A model generated the notes under the pieces. It made no database searches and was not told the DNA's origin. It worked only from the letters and a program-made list of their open reading frames with translations. The position numbers and the translations under genes were made by a program. This document shows positions 37,259 to 48,919 of a stretch of DNA of 64,000 bases, one piece after another; position 1 is the stretch's first letter; the number at the start of each line of letters is the position of its first letter. This DNA comes from Prorocentrum cordatum (lineage: Eukaryota): the NCBI GenBank assembly GCA_963575745.1, contig CAUYUJ010000001.1, forward strand, positions 1,612,001 through 1,676,000, given 5' to 3'.

Positions 37259-39689
37259 AAAAACAACGTTTAGGTCCAGCCCTGCCATTTCCCTTGGCAT
37301 CGCCCGGACGCGTGCATTGTTCGGCGAGGCGGGCACAATGGCGTGAACTGGTACAAGACACGTCTTCGCGGCCTGCGGTGTGGCACGAATCAACGGCCCT
37401 TCGCAGCTTTGCGTGGAGAAGTTTGGCTCCCCGAGGTTATCAGATGCCTTCGGCTGTAATTCATGTCCTGTCTGATCTAACACATGTGCGCAGGCCTTCT
37501 CGCAGCTACGCGCAGCTCAGGGCTTGACCTGAACAGTGTTTTCCGTTTTCGTTTTGTTTTCGTTTTCTGTTGTTCTGTCTTCGTCCTGCTTTTGCTGCAC
37601 AGCGATACCAAAACGAGAAAAGGTCCACGAGATCGCTAGAACACCATTTAGGTTGTTCCTTGGCGCAACTAAGCCTCCGCCCATATCCCTCCCCTTGCCT
37701 CCCTCCATCCTTCCCTCCCTCTCTTCATCCTTCCTCTTTTCCCCCTCCCTCCTGCATCCAAGCACGGGTCTTTTCCACCGGAGGAGGTGGTCCCAGACGT
37801 GACAATGTAGCACGCGGGGATGGAGCATCTCGCCGCCCCCAAGTTGTTGCTTGCAAAAAACAAGCGCTACCCAGCGCGGGCCAACAGCAGTGCGAGACGG
37901 CACTGTGGAGATGAGCAAGCTGATGGGGTGAACACAATGCAGTGTAAGCTATGTCGTGTAGGCGAGGTGGTGCGAGCTATGGGGTTGATCCCATGGGGTG
38001 CAAACTGTGTGGTGTAAGCTGTTGATGGTAGACACTGGCATGCTCTCCTGCCTCTTCCCAGGCGCCGTTTTGGATCCTACAGGGGCTTTGAGCGCGTTGG
38101 GAGGGAGTCCCTTCGGCCTATTCGCGCGCACGCCAGGGAAACTAACCCCTGCTTCAACATTCGTAGCAGTGCTTCGGTGAAGCGCGTTCGATCCACGGAT
38201 CTACGGATGACTGCGCCTGGAAGTCAGGGCAGCGAGCCCACAGCGAAGCCGTGCGGAGCGTCGGTGACGCAGTCCCTTGCAGATCGGTGATGAGGCTGTG
38301 CCTGGAAGCCAGGGCAGCAAATACATGGTGGTGCCGTGCAGAGCGTCGATGACGCTTCACGGTGCGGATCGCCAACGAACGGCCGCCCCCGCCCGAGTGG
38401 CAGAAACAGCTACGATGGGTAATTGCCCCCGACGGTTCCGGGACGCAGCGGGACGGAGTTCCCACGATGTCGCCACCCAGTACGATGGCGATACAGAACA
38501 GGCACAGGATGACAGCCCCCAGCCGTTCGGGGGTGCGCTCACGCGAACGCCGGGACGCGCTGGCGAAGCCAGCCGCCCAGCGGACTGGTGGGCCCGGGAT
38601 CGCTGACAGCAGTTCCACGACCACTGGGCGCGCGCACGGAGCTCCAGCCTCGCCGAGGCCCGCGGCCGAGCAGTCTGCCTCTGGTGGCAGATGCTGCAGG
38701 TGCTGCAAGCGTGCGGCGTGGAAGCCTCGGGCTGGGCGTCTCGGCCGACAAACGCTGGACCGGGGGTCGGCGCCTCCGCCGATGATGCTCACGGATGGCA
38801 CGTCCACGCCTGGGGCGGACAGGGGGGGCGCCCCGCTGGATTCGCGCGGTTGGCGCCAGCACCTGGAGCACCGCGGCCCCCAGCGGGGCGGGCCTGGCGC
38901 TTCGTAGCCCAATCGCCCGACCTGGCACGGATGGAATCCGCAGGTCCGGCAGTGGAGCCCTCGCCAGGAGTGGCAGGAGTGGTGGAGCCATGAGCTTGCG
39001 CCGTGGACCGATACCGCAGTCAGACCTGGAGGGCAACAAGGCAGCCGGCCCGTTCGGGCACAGCGCGGAGCTCAGCCTTCCAATCGAGCACTAGGAAGAC
39101 ACGCGGAGGGCGGAGCTGGTGGAGTTAGCCGCGGAAGAGCTCCGATGGCAACGAAAGGGCGCGGAGAGAGCCACGTGTGAGCAGTTGCTGCTTGCTCTCT
39201 TCGGGGAACGCGTGCCTGGGGGAGCCCCGAAGTCGCCGAGTGGAATCGGTTGCGATCGCTGCCGCAACTGTCGGTGGCGCCATCGAGGTATGCCGAAGAC
39301 AACGAGCCGAGGGGCGCTGCGAACGACGAGCCAGCAGACGACGAGAGCAGCGACGGAGCGGATCCGGGGCGCCAGGAAGCTGGGGACGACGATGGCGACG
39401 AGTCGAGGAGCGACGCGTGCAGCGACGGAGCGTATCCTTGTCGCCTGGGCTCTGATGCGGAGGATGAGTCGTCGTCGTCATCGGCTTTGTCGTCATCGTC
39501 GGCGTCATCGTCGTCGTCGTCAACGTTGTCAACGTCGTCGTCGTAGTCGTCGTCATCGTTGTCGTCGGCGCCGGCGTCGTCGTGAAGACGCTTGGGCGGA
39601 GTCCCCTCTGAGCGGCGGGCAGGGAGGAGGCGGGCCCTGGGAGGGCACCGCCGAACTGGCGGCTGTGGCGGCCCCAGCCGCGCGCGCAA

Positions 39690-39860
39690 GAGCCCCGCGA
39701 GTCCATGTGCGCGGCCTGTGACCCCAGGCGCGCGAGCAAAAACCTCGCGAGTCCATGTGCGCGGCCGGTGACGCCAGTCGCTCGAGCACAAGCCCTTCGC
39801 GAATCCATGCGAGCGGTCAGTGACCAGGTCGCGCGAGCAGATGCTTCGCGAACCCACACG
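39690..39860 (+). repeat. Short tandem repeat, about 50-bp unit, about 3 copies
   Basis: CGCGAGTCCATGTGCGCGGCC.GTGAC.CCAG..GC.CGAGCA is repeated. Confidence 0.75.
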
Positions 39861-41865
39861 TTTTATATATCCTGTATCTTGTGCCCGTGGGAGCTGCCAC
39901 GCGGCGCCTGGGTCACGGTTATCTGGGCGTGGCCTGGCGGGGTTCGAGGCAGAGAAGGGGAGAGTCAGTGTTGAGGATAGGCATTGCCATGCTGTCCTGC
40001 CTCTCCCCCGCCGCCGGCTTGGCTCCTACAGGGGCCTCTGACCGCGGCCTCTTCGTGCGCTTGCGTGCGAAAAGGATCCCTACTTCAACATAGTGTGCAA
40101 TCTACGCGGGCAAAGCCATGTTGTGTCAGCTGTGTGGTGTAATACGCAGGGGAAGCTGTGTCGCGAAGGCTAAGAGTACGGGGCGCCCACGAGGCGGCGC
40201 GGACGGCAACTTGGCGCAACCTCGGCACACACAGACACACACGCACACACACACACACTCACTCACTCACTCACTCACTCTTTGTTCACACGCACACGGC
40301 AAGCGGGGCGCCCACGAGGCGGCCCCCGCGCCCACGAGGCGGCACGGGCCGCAAAGTGGCGAAGACCCAGAATACCAACCGAAGCCAGCACCCCTAAGAG
40401 CAAGCACTGCTTGGGGAAACGTATGGGGCGTTCCCAAGATTGCCTTGCCTTCGAGGATCGAAGGAGTTGCCATCTCTTCCGCGGCGGAAGGTGGCGGAAG
40501 GGCGGCGGAAGGCCGGCGGAAGTACAACGATGCCGCCTTCGCGGCGGAAGCCGGCGGAAGGCCGGCGGAAGGTGGCAGAAAGTCGCGGACATAAAAATGC
40601 GCTCCCAAGAGATGAACACGGTTTTGGGTTCAGGGTTTCCGAAGTCGCCCATATGCTGGCACTCGGGGATTCGGAATTTGGTGCTCAGCGACGCCCTCGA
40701 TGCGCATTGCACGCGCCGTCGCGTTGTCCACGACCGCGTTGCTCCGCTCAGGGCGCCGCTGAAAGCTCGCCGATGCAGACTCCGCGAGCCCAGCGGCGCC
40801 CGCAGCGACGCCCTCAGCGAGCGCGCCTCCTCCGTCTCTTCTTCTGACATCCTCGCGTTTTGAAAAATCACGACGGGCAGTTTTTGGCAATGTTCGGCTT
40901 TCGCAAGGGCCTCAGTTGACCCCAGGACCGTCAACAAAGAAGAAGTCAGGATGAATCGCCAGCCTGGGGAAGGGGGGCCACGCTGCTGAAAGAACACGAC
41001 GTCGGACGTCTGGGTCCTCACGCGCGCCGCAGCAGACGCCGACGACGGCCGCGCCCGCGCGCGCGCGTGGCCATGGCCGAGGCCGCCGGCCCTGGCGGCC
41101 GCTGCTCGCACGCCGTGCACACCCCTACCTGCGGGTGGAGGCCAGGCGCGCGGCGACGGCCTCGCGCCGGGGCGCGTGGTGCAGCGCGGCGCGTGCTCTG
41201 ACCCCTGGCGTCGCGCGCGGGCCTTGGCCAGCTTGCGAAGCCCCCAGGGGCAGCGTTGGGGGGCATGGGCTCACGGGGGGACGCATCGACCGCCCCCCCG
41301 TCGCCCAGTCCTCGCACATTCTAGGGTGCCCGAGGGCCCACCCCGCCCGGGGGCGTCCAGGTTCGTAGTCGGGTCCTGTCGCCGACCTTTCGGCGGCGCC
41401 TCGTCGATTCCAGATCGATGCCCCCCCCCCCTGAGCCAGTCCCCTCCCAAACGTTAGACCTCGGCCCCTCGGCCTCTGCAGGCTCGTCTTGGGCTCAGGG
41501 GCCCTCGTGTGCAGGCGGGCCCGACGTGGCAAGTCCCTCCTTGCCCCTCGTCTCTCTTCGCCCTCTCCCGCTGCTCCTCCTTGCTTCCTCTGGGCGAGGC
41601 CTCCTTCTCAAAGGACGTCGGAGGTCTGGTTGACATGGTCATGGACCTGCGTTCGTGCTTCCGTGCTCGGCGTGCCAATTCGGGTGCAGGCCAGGTGTTT
41701 TCCAGCAGCAGTGCGAGGGAGCACGGACAGGAACAGTCTCGGATGTGAACAAGACGTGATCGCACATGCTACCATATTCTCGATGCCGTATGTCCGTCGC
41801 GCCGTGGCCCTTCCAACTATGCTGCGTGGTCCTGTTCGTGTCAGGTGCGCGTGGACTCGCTCCGT

Positions 41866-42029
41866 CAAGGGCGCCCTCGAGGGCGCGAAGTTATTCGCGC
41901 TTCGCGCTTCGCGGTTCGGCTTCGATTCCTCCTCTTCCTCCTCTTCTCCCCTGGGAGGCGGCGCGAGAGCGCGAAGTTATTCGCACTTCGCGCTTCGCGC
42001 AGCGCGAAGCGCGAAGCTGGGAGCCCTTG
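41866..42029. mobile_element. MITE family B, copy 2
   Basis: CAAGGGCGCCC...GGGAGCCCTTG; flanks are CTCCGT and CTCAGT. Confidence 0.85.
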
Positions 42030-42189
42030 CTCAGTCTTGGGGAGGCGGGCACACACACACACATGCAAGGGTTCGGCGGAGCGCAGACGAGCCGAGGCGG
42101 GCGAGGCGGAGGTGAGCAGATGCTCGGGTGCCGAGGCGCGGGGCAGCGACAGCGCCAGAGTGAGCTTGGCCATGCCCAAGGAGTTTTAG

Positions 42190-42353
42190 CAAGGGCTCCC
42201 ACGAGGGCGCGAAGTTATTCGCGCTTCGCGCTTCGCGGTCCTCGTTCCTCCTCCTCGTCCTCCTTTTCTCCCTTTGGGGGGGCGGCGCGAGGGCGCGAAG
42301 TTATTCGCGCTTCGCGCTTCGCGCAGCGCGAAGCGCGAAGTTGGGAGCCCTTG
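42190..42353. mobile_element. MITE family B, copy 3
   Basis: CAAGGGCTCCC...GGGAGCCCTTG; both flanks are TTTAG. Confidence 0.9.
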
Positions 42354-43875
42354 TTTAGAGCTTGTGCAACTGCTTCGCGAGAGGTGAGGGGTGTGTGTGT
42401 GTGGCGCGGCGGGAAGACGTGTTGGCTCGAGGGAGCCCTCCGGCGTTTTTCTATTCTGCATAGTTCCGTGATCCAGCAGGTGGGTGGGACAGTGCAGCCC
42501 CGAGTTTCTGCGAGATCTGCACGATTCGATCGCGTTCTCGTAAACCTTCAGGCGGTGCAGTGACAGCGTCGATTCAGGAAAGTGTTCGGCGTTGGTGAGT
42601 CCCAGGTACATATTCTACCGCTTAGAGACAGTAGCGATATTGTGCGATTTCCCCGCAAGGGTCCTCATTATCGACCGCGAGACCCTCAACCTCCTGAGTA
42701 TCTGACGGTTCCTTGTCCACGGAGCGTCTGGGACGTAGCTCCACGATCCACGATGCGACCGAAGCAATGCAAGTAGTAGAAGACAAAGACGCGAACGGTG
42801 GCACGCGAAACAAGCAAGGTAAGGTAGCACGAATAACGCGAACGAAGCAGCACGCTGCGTAAACGTAGACTTCGGAGGCTCTCGCGGCGATTCATCGGCT
42901 CCGCGATGGGCCCCCCGCCCTGGGGGCGCCGCTGGAGGCGCAGCCAGGGGCGTGGGGAGGGGGGCTCCGGCGCCGGCCAAGACTATCCGCGCGGACCTCC
43001 GACCAGGCTCTGCCAAGGTGCAACTCTGTTGCCTTTCCAGGCGCCAGGAAGCTGGACTTTCATGACGCGGCCGGCGTGGGCAAGCGCTGGACACGTGTGG
43101 CCGCACGTCTTCACAGCGTCCGCCCTCGTGTGGCTGGGCACGGTGGCACTCCGCGTGTGTACCCAGCGCGTGGCCCCCGGATGTCCCACGTGCGAATCTA
43201 GTCGTGTGTGCTTTCGCCTCTCCGGCTCCTCGCTGGTGCAGCCAACTCTGCCTCGCCGCCGACGGCAAAAGTGTTCCCGGCTCCGGCGCCGAGAGGCGCC
43301 AGGAAGACTGGCCGCGTGCAGTTGGTTCGTGAGCCTCATTCTTTCCTGGCAACATCCCTACTCTAGAGCATCCCGGGCGAGAGCACCCCGAGGCTGGAAA
43401 ACTTATGAGATGCCAGCGTAAACGCCCGAAAACCTCGGACCTGGATGTACAGTACATTCGTGACGTGTCGACTCGGCGGCGACCGCACCGCGGGGCGTTC
43501 AAGGCTGAACGCCACCAACGGTCGTTCGTCAGGAGGGGAAACAACACACAGACACAATCAATCGTTCACTCCCAGGAGAATATGGAACATATGGGAAGTG
43601 GGGGGGAAGACAAACATTCAAAACATACGCGCAAGAGTGGGGAATCATCCTGTTTGTGTGGATTTCTTTGTGTGTCCTGGGGCCCCTCCAGTTCGTCCCA
43701 CCTGGAACGATCTGCGATCCCGCAGAGCCGCCCTCGCCCTCGAGGTGGAGCGACCCACGCGGCGCCGCACGCGGGGCGCACAGGGCCGCCACGGCGTGGC
43801 CCCCGGGTCCCTTCCTGCTGGCCAGGGGGGGGCACGGCGCCGAGCGGGCCCCGGAGGCCGAGATCGAGGAGCAGC

Positions 43876-44240
43876 TTGGGCGTTGCGTAATGGAGGGGTC
43901 ATAAATACGGTAGGTTTGCGTCGTGTCGACCGGCGGCGACCCCAGCGCGGACGTTCAAGGTTGAACGCCGCCGGCGACCCAGAATCGATCGATGTTGAAC
44001 GATTGGACGTTGCGGAAATGGCCGATCGCTCAAGGTTGAACGATCCCTGCGGTGTCAAAAACCAACGCCGGGGTCGGCACGACACGAACCTGCCGTAGGG
44101 GGGTGGCGAGGGTGGTCCGAAAAGGTACCCAAACGGTACCTAAACGAGCCCCCTGGGACTCCAGAGGGGCCCGAAAGGGGCACGAGAAGGGACCGTTTCT
44201 GACCCCCCCATTTATGACCCCCCCATTAAGCCACGCCCAA
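43876..44240. mobile_element. MITE family D
   Basis: About 30-bp imperfect TIR TTGGGCGTTGCGTAATGGAGGGGTCATAAA; GCAGC on both sides (43871-43875, 44241-44245). Confidence 0.85.
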
Positions 44241-44460
44241 GCAGCGCCTGGATTGGTTCGATCATGCCGTCTGTTTTCTCGCATCGCGAGCCCCCAGAGG
44301 CCTCGACCCATTCCCCAGGACCGTCGCTCATCGTCCCGAGTCGGGTCTTGACGGTCCCGGGGCCCGGCAAGGGCCCCAGAGGCCGCACGTGGCAGCAAGA
44401 CATTGCCCGTCGTGTTTTTGTCCACGTCGCGAGGCTGCCTGGGTCCCGCCCACCCTTCTA

Positions 44461-44644
44461 GGCCTCCCAAATGGGACCAGAGCTGATGGGGTTGTAGGAT
44501 CGCGCCGCATCGCCGAAGCATCGGCGATGCGGCTCGATGTGGAGCTCGATTCTCCCCACGCTGACGTCGGCGATGCATCGGCGATGCACTGGCGAGGCGG
44601 CCGGATCCTCCGACCCCGTCTGCTCGGACCCCTCTTGGGAGGCC
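44461..44644. mobile_element. MITE family A, copy 2
   Basis: GGCCTCCCAA...TTGGGAGGCC with the same internal palindromes as 10730-10966; flanks are TCTA and TCCA. Confidence 0.85.
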
Positions 44645-45167
44645 TCCAGCCCTGCAGCCCGCCCCCACGCGTGGGCTTCGGGGTGCCATGGCCCCGCCAG
44701 CGCTCCCGCTGCTCCTCTGGTCCCTGGGCGTGCCAGCCTCGGCGTACCGGCCGAGCGGCGGGGAGGCGCTCGAGGCCCCCGCTGGTTGGCGGGCCGATCA
44801 GGGGCAGCGCTGCAGTCAAGACGCTGACATGAGTCAAGGGAGGAAAAACCACCCGGACATGACAATTGACGTTTACTAAACGGCCTTGGGCGTTTACTAA
44901 GCAGCCCTGCCCTGTTCGATTCTTTCCCTGGGTGCGTTTACTACACGGCTTCGCTTGTCGGGGTGATTCTGATGGGGGTGGGTGTTCTGCCCTCTAGTGA
45001 GCGCCGCTCTGGGGTCAGGAGGGTCTCTCGTGGTCGGGCCGTTCCTTGCACGCAGGTGGGGGGACCCCAGATTCGTGGCCGGGGTTCGCCGGGGCTGGAA
45101 GAGCAAGATCCGTTCCTTTTTCCGTACTAGCACGATGGCTGGCAGAGGAGAGATCCTGCTGGGAGGC

Positions 45168-45381
45168 TGTGAGAATCAGATAGGCGAGGATGTGAGATTT
45201 AGGGTCATAATGGAGTATATTTCCCTTCCGCCCATGGCCGTTGTGGCTCATAAGCTGGGCGGGAGGGTGGACGCACCGACTCACTGTTTGTTATGAGTAC
45301 GGCGATAAATAGATCGTGCTAATCTTATCTTGTGCTTGCGTCAAGTGCATGGTGGGAGGGATCGTGTGCTCTGTATTTGCA
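45168..45381 (+). repeat. 5' LTR
   Basis: TGTGAGAATCAGATAGGCGAGGA...TTTGCA, colinear with 54011-54225. Confidence 0.88.
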
Positions 45382-45382
45382 C

Positions 45383-45396
45383 TGGTAGCCTGGAGC
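45383..45396 (+). promoter_or_regulatory. Primer-binding site, initiator-Met-tRNA-like
   Basis: TGGTAGC lies one base after the LTR and is complementary to the ...GCUACCA 3' end typical of eukaryotic tRNA-iMet. The rest of the match is unverified. Confidence 0.6.
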
Positions 45397-45629
45397 TGTA
45401 TCAGTTCTACGGTTGCGCGTTCTATACCAGAGTGGCCGTGCAGACCTACATGTTGGCGCTCAAAGTTCTCGCGTTGCTTTGCCAGTGCGTTCTTCACATT
45501 TCAGTTATCGATACGATGAGCATCATCACTTGCAGCCTGGGCGAAAATCGTTGCCGCGAGCCGGACGGCAGCAGTGATAACAACAACATTGACTACGAGC
45601 TGGACGGCGGTCCCATCACTAAAAACAAG

Positions 45630-46760
45630 ATGGCGACCAGGCAGCAGCAACCCAACGACGGACCCCTCTTCGTGGACAAGGAGGGCGTCGCACACTACAG
45701 CGGCGACCCAGCCTACGGCGAGGAGTTCGAGGAGCGTGCGATCCTCGGCTATTATGCGAGCGAAGAGAAGCTGCAGAAACTCTACGCCATCAACATCACG
45801 AATTCATTGACTGGGCGAGCGCGGAAGAGATTGCAACGCAAGCAGCGTTGGACAAATCATGTGATGACCCACTTGCTGCAGTGAAGATGGTGGTGGCAAG
45901 GGTACGGCAGGCGTGCGAGCGGATCGCCCCACTACAGAAGCAACAAGCGTTCGAAGAGTATTTATTCAAAGGTTTTCGCAACATACCGGAGTCTGCGCAA
46001 GTCTACATCTTGAAGCGGGGGACGGAGTTTGAGCGGCTTGAGTTTTTCTCAGCAAACACGACAGTCAGCGAAGATTTACGGACGTACTTCCTACTAAAGT
46101 TGGCCAGCATCAGCATGACCGACCGCACTGCTATTCTCGGGCAGTGCAACAACGAGTACATATGAGATGATGTGACGGCGGCAATGCTCATCCAAGTGGA
46201 CACGACGTGCAGAGACGAACGTGGTCACAGACGTTGTGGAGCATGCCCGGTGGACTACGACGGTGACGAGGAGGAAACCCTACTTGGATACGAGTGTTGC
46301 GTATGCGATGAGGACGGGCTCCTGAGGGATGAAGACTATGACTCGCTGGCAGCCGACATCGATGAGTTGGAGCGGGCGGTTGACGACGTCGGCCCCGAGG
46401 AGGTCAGCCAGGAGGAGTGCGACACTCTAGCGGCTGAGACACAGCGTTTCGGGTGGAAGGCTGGACGAAAAGGCCACAGGCCCAACTGCAAGCAAACCCG
46501 GGAGAGGCTTGCACAGAGCAAGTCCAGCCGAGGCTGGAAGGCCAACATCAACAAGCAGGGATCCATCAAGATGGACGGCAAGGAAGTCGAAGAGAAGCTA
46601 CATTCGACAACGCCCGCACGAAGTGTTACGCATGCCGCGAGGAGGGCCATTGGAAAGGCGACCCCGAGTGCGAGAAGACAAGACAAGGCCATCAGGTGGC
46701 GGGCCATCGGGCAGCCTACAGCGTGGAGGACGAGGTGGTGGCCGAGGCTTTCACGGGCGA
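45630..46760 (+). pseudogene. Copia gag with zinc knuckle (frameshifted)
   Basis: GVAHYSGDP..EEFEER, FRNIPESAQVYI and EDLRTYFLLK, then CYACREEGHWKGDPEC at about 46624-46671. Confidence 0.8.
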
Positions 46761-47499
46761 CCTGGAGGTTTCCTGCGACGGGCTGGGTTTGCGATGGCAA
46801 CGGCTGTGAAGCTACTGATGGCGGGCAGCTCAATGGGCATGACTGCCATCCAGATCGTGAATGACCAGCTGGCGAACAGACACCACGATGGAGGATATCG
46901 CGAGTCTGGCGAGGGTGTGGATCGACACCGACGATCAGAACGTGAACACCTGGACGGTATCAGCATTTGGAGACGACCGAGGTACGCGAGAACCTGAGGG
47001 TAGCGAGGACCAAACGCCAGACTCTGGATCAGGACAGACATGGCCCAGCAGATCGATCACCGACTGCCATGAAGAGGATGCCACAGTGGCAGGCCTACAG
47101 ATGATCAAAGATCGAGCAGCACAGGCTGCAGCAGTATGGGTCAGCTGTGAAAACAAGGAAGCAGCCTACAGGGATTACATGGATTGGTGCGTGGACTGGG
47201 CACTGCGCCGGATCCGCCAGCTCATGCACATCACGACGGAAATGGCACCACAGGGACTCAGGAACTTGCAGGAACTTGGCGTGCGACCTATGCCAAGCAT
47301 CCTGGGACAGTAGCTTGGACATGCGAGACATCGCAAGGAGCACCTGCGAGCACCTACCTCATGGAGCGCGACCGACATGTTTGTGGATGGACCGATGGAA
47401 CGCAGGACGGGCGCAGACTGCAGGCCCACAGAGGATCGCGCACCATCATCTGGCCTGCAGGTGAACGATGGGGAGCTGGAGGCGACCGAGGCCTACGCG

Positions 47500-47910
47500 G
47501 TAAGGAAAGGACTTATTCTCGATGGACATGCTGCACTGGGCACGGCGTGCTTACGAGGATGCGGAGGTTCAGTAGCGTCGGACGGCTACGCGGAGGACAG
47601 CAGGGTCACTGCGATGATGAGGGGCTCATCCACGCGAGTCCGAGGCGTGAATGATAGCGCCCTGGCCATGGCAGAAGGCGAGCAGGAGGTCACTGCTGGA
47701 CACGCAGGAGCCGACGTGAATCTGCGATTCGAGAGGCTGACGAAATCGAAGACGCCAATACTGCTAAGCATCCACTAGCTGGAGGGGCCAGACGCAGCGG
47801 TGTGCGTGAAGGAGCGGAAGGCGGACTTCAAAGCGATCAACATGTACGGGGTGCCGTTCAACAAGACCGAGAAGGGGCGCCTGGCGATCTCGCCCAAGGA
47901 CTGGCCGAAG
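47500..47910 (+). pseudogene. Copia aspartic protease (catalytic Asp mutated)
   Basis: GHAALGTACLRGCGG, where LDT has become LGT (GGC at 47539); later TPILLS. Confidence 0.65.
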
Positions 47911-48109
47911 AAAGAAACTACCAAAACAGTGCCATCAGTTACGACGGATGAGATCGACATCTGGACCGCGGAGTTGCAAGAAATAGACGAGGGCATCCCA
48001 CGACGAAGGCAGAGGAAGCAGATCGAGGCCTGGGAGAGAGAATTGCAGGGCAAGCTGGACCAGCGCCAGCAGGTCGTGGAGTTGCTGCAGGCGGACCTAG
48101 AGGAGAAAC

Positions 48110-48735
48110 GGCGTATCACTTGCGAGCTCTACGTTGGTGGCGTGGCAGCCGCGTTGGAAGCTTCGCAGCGGCGACGCCCTGCTACGAGACCAAAGGAAAT
48201 CCTGACAGGGGACGACCTACTGGACATCAAGTCACAGCGGAAAATGTTGAAGCAGCTGGACGAAGACGACCCCCGCGTGACTATCGTGGGTTTTCCATGC
48301 GACCCGTTCGAACACATCGCGCATGTTTCCGCGGAAGACGAGGGCGATGAAGCTAGCAACTGGCATGAAGCACCTGCGGTTCGTCAAGCAGATCTGGCTT
48401 AACTGCAAGCGTCGAGGAGCGCGCATGCTACTGGGGAATCCGCTGGCATCCAAGGCGCGGAAGCTCATGCCGTGGCTAGGCTCAGAGCATGCGGCCGCGA
48501 TGACGCACCGGTGCGCCGAGGGCAGCAACCTGGTGGACATCCTGGGCGATCCCGTCGAGAAGCCGACGTGCTTCCTGACTGCGGCCATCGTGCTGGGCGC
48601 CAAGCTCAACAGCACCAGGTGCGACAACGCGCGCGAGAGCACGGGCGTGACCAACAGGCCGCAGCGAACAGCATCAAGTCTTGGCAACTGGGCGGTCAAC
48701 CTGGCTAAGACGATCACGGGCGGCATCGAGGAGCA
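48110..48735 (+). pseudogene. C5 DNA cytosine methyltransferase-like domain within copia pol (frameshift near 48320)
   Basis: CELYVGG (motif I-like, 48121), TIVGFPC (motif IV, catalytic PC at 48295-48300), LLGNP (motif VI ENx-like, 48428) and SLGNWAVNLAKTI (motif X-like, 48677), in canonical order. Confidence 0.68.
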
Positions 48736-48919
48736 GCGGGGCCTCGCGAAGCAGCGCGGTGGGCGCGCCAGGTGCGCCGACAACTTCGAGGACACCGGGC
48801 TCGACGAGATCGAGGCCAATCCTGCAGAGGCGGAGGCGCCCATGCACGCAAGTGCAGCGTCGATCTTCAGCGAGCTCGGCGACACAGTCGAGACGGCGGC
48901 ATGGGCGGCGGCGCCGCCA

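Noticed and set aside
37900..39450. Coding-looking fragments as host exons (also 330-1250, 19330-19700, 28500-29140, 61560-62240)
   Set aside because: I could not recognise a domain or a consistent exon chain. Small host exons cannot be excluded without transcript data.
45141..45167. Purine-rich run before the 5' LTR as the PPT of an upstream element
   Set aside because: No upstream pol sequence is present, and the AGGC TSD explains the junction.
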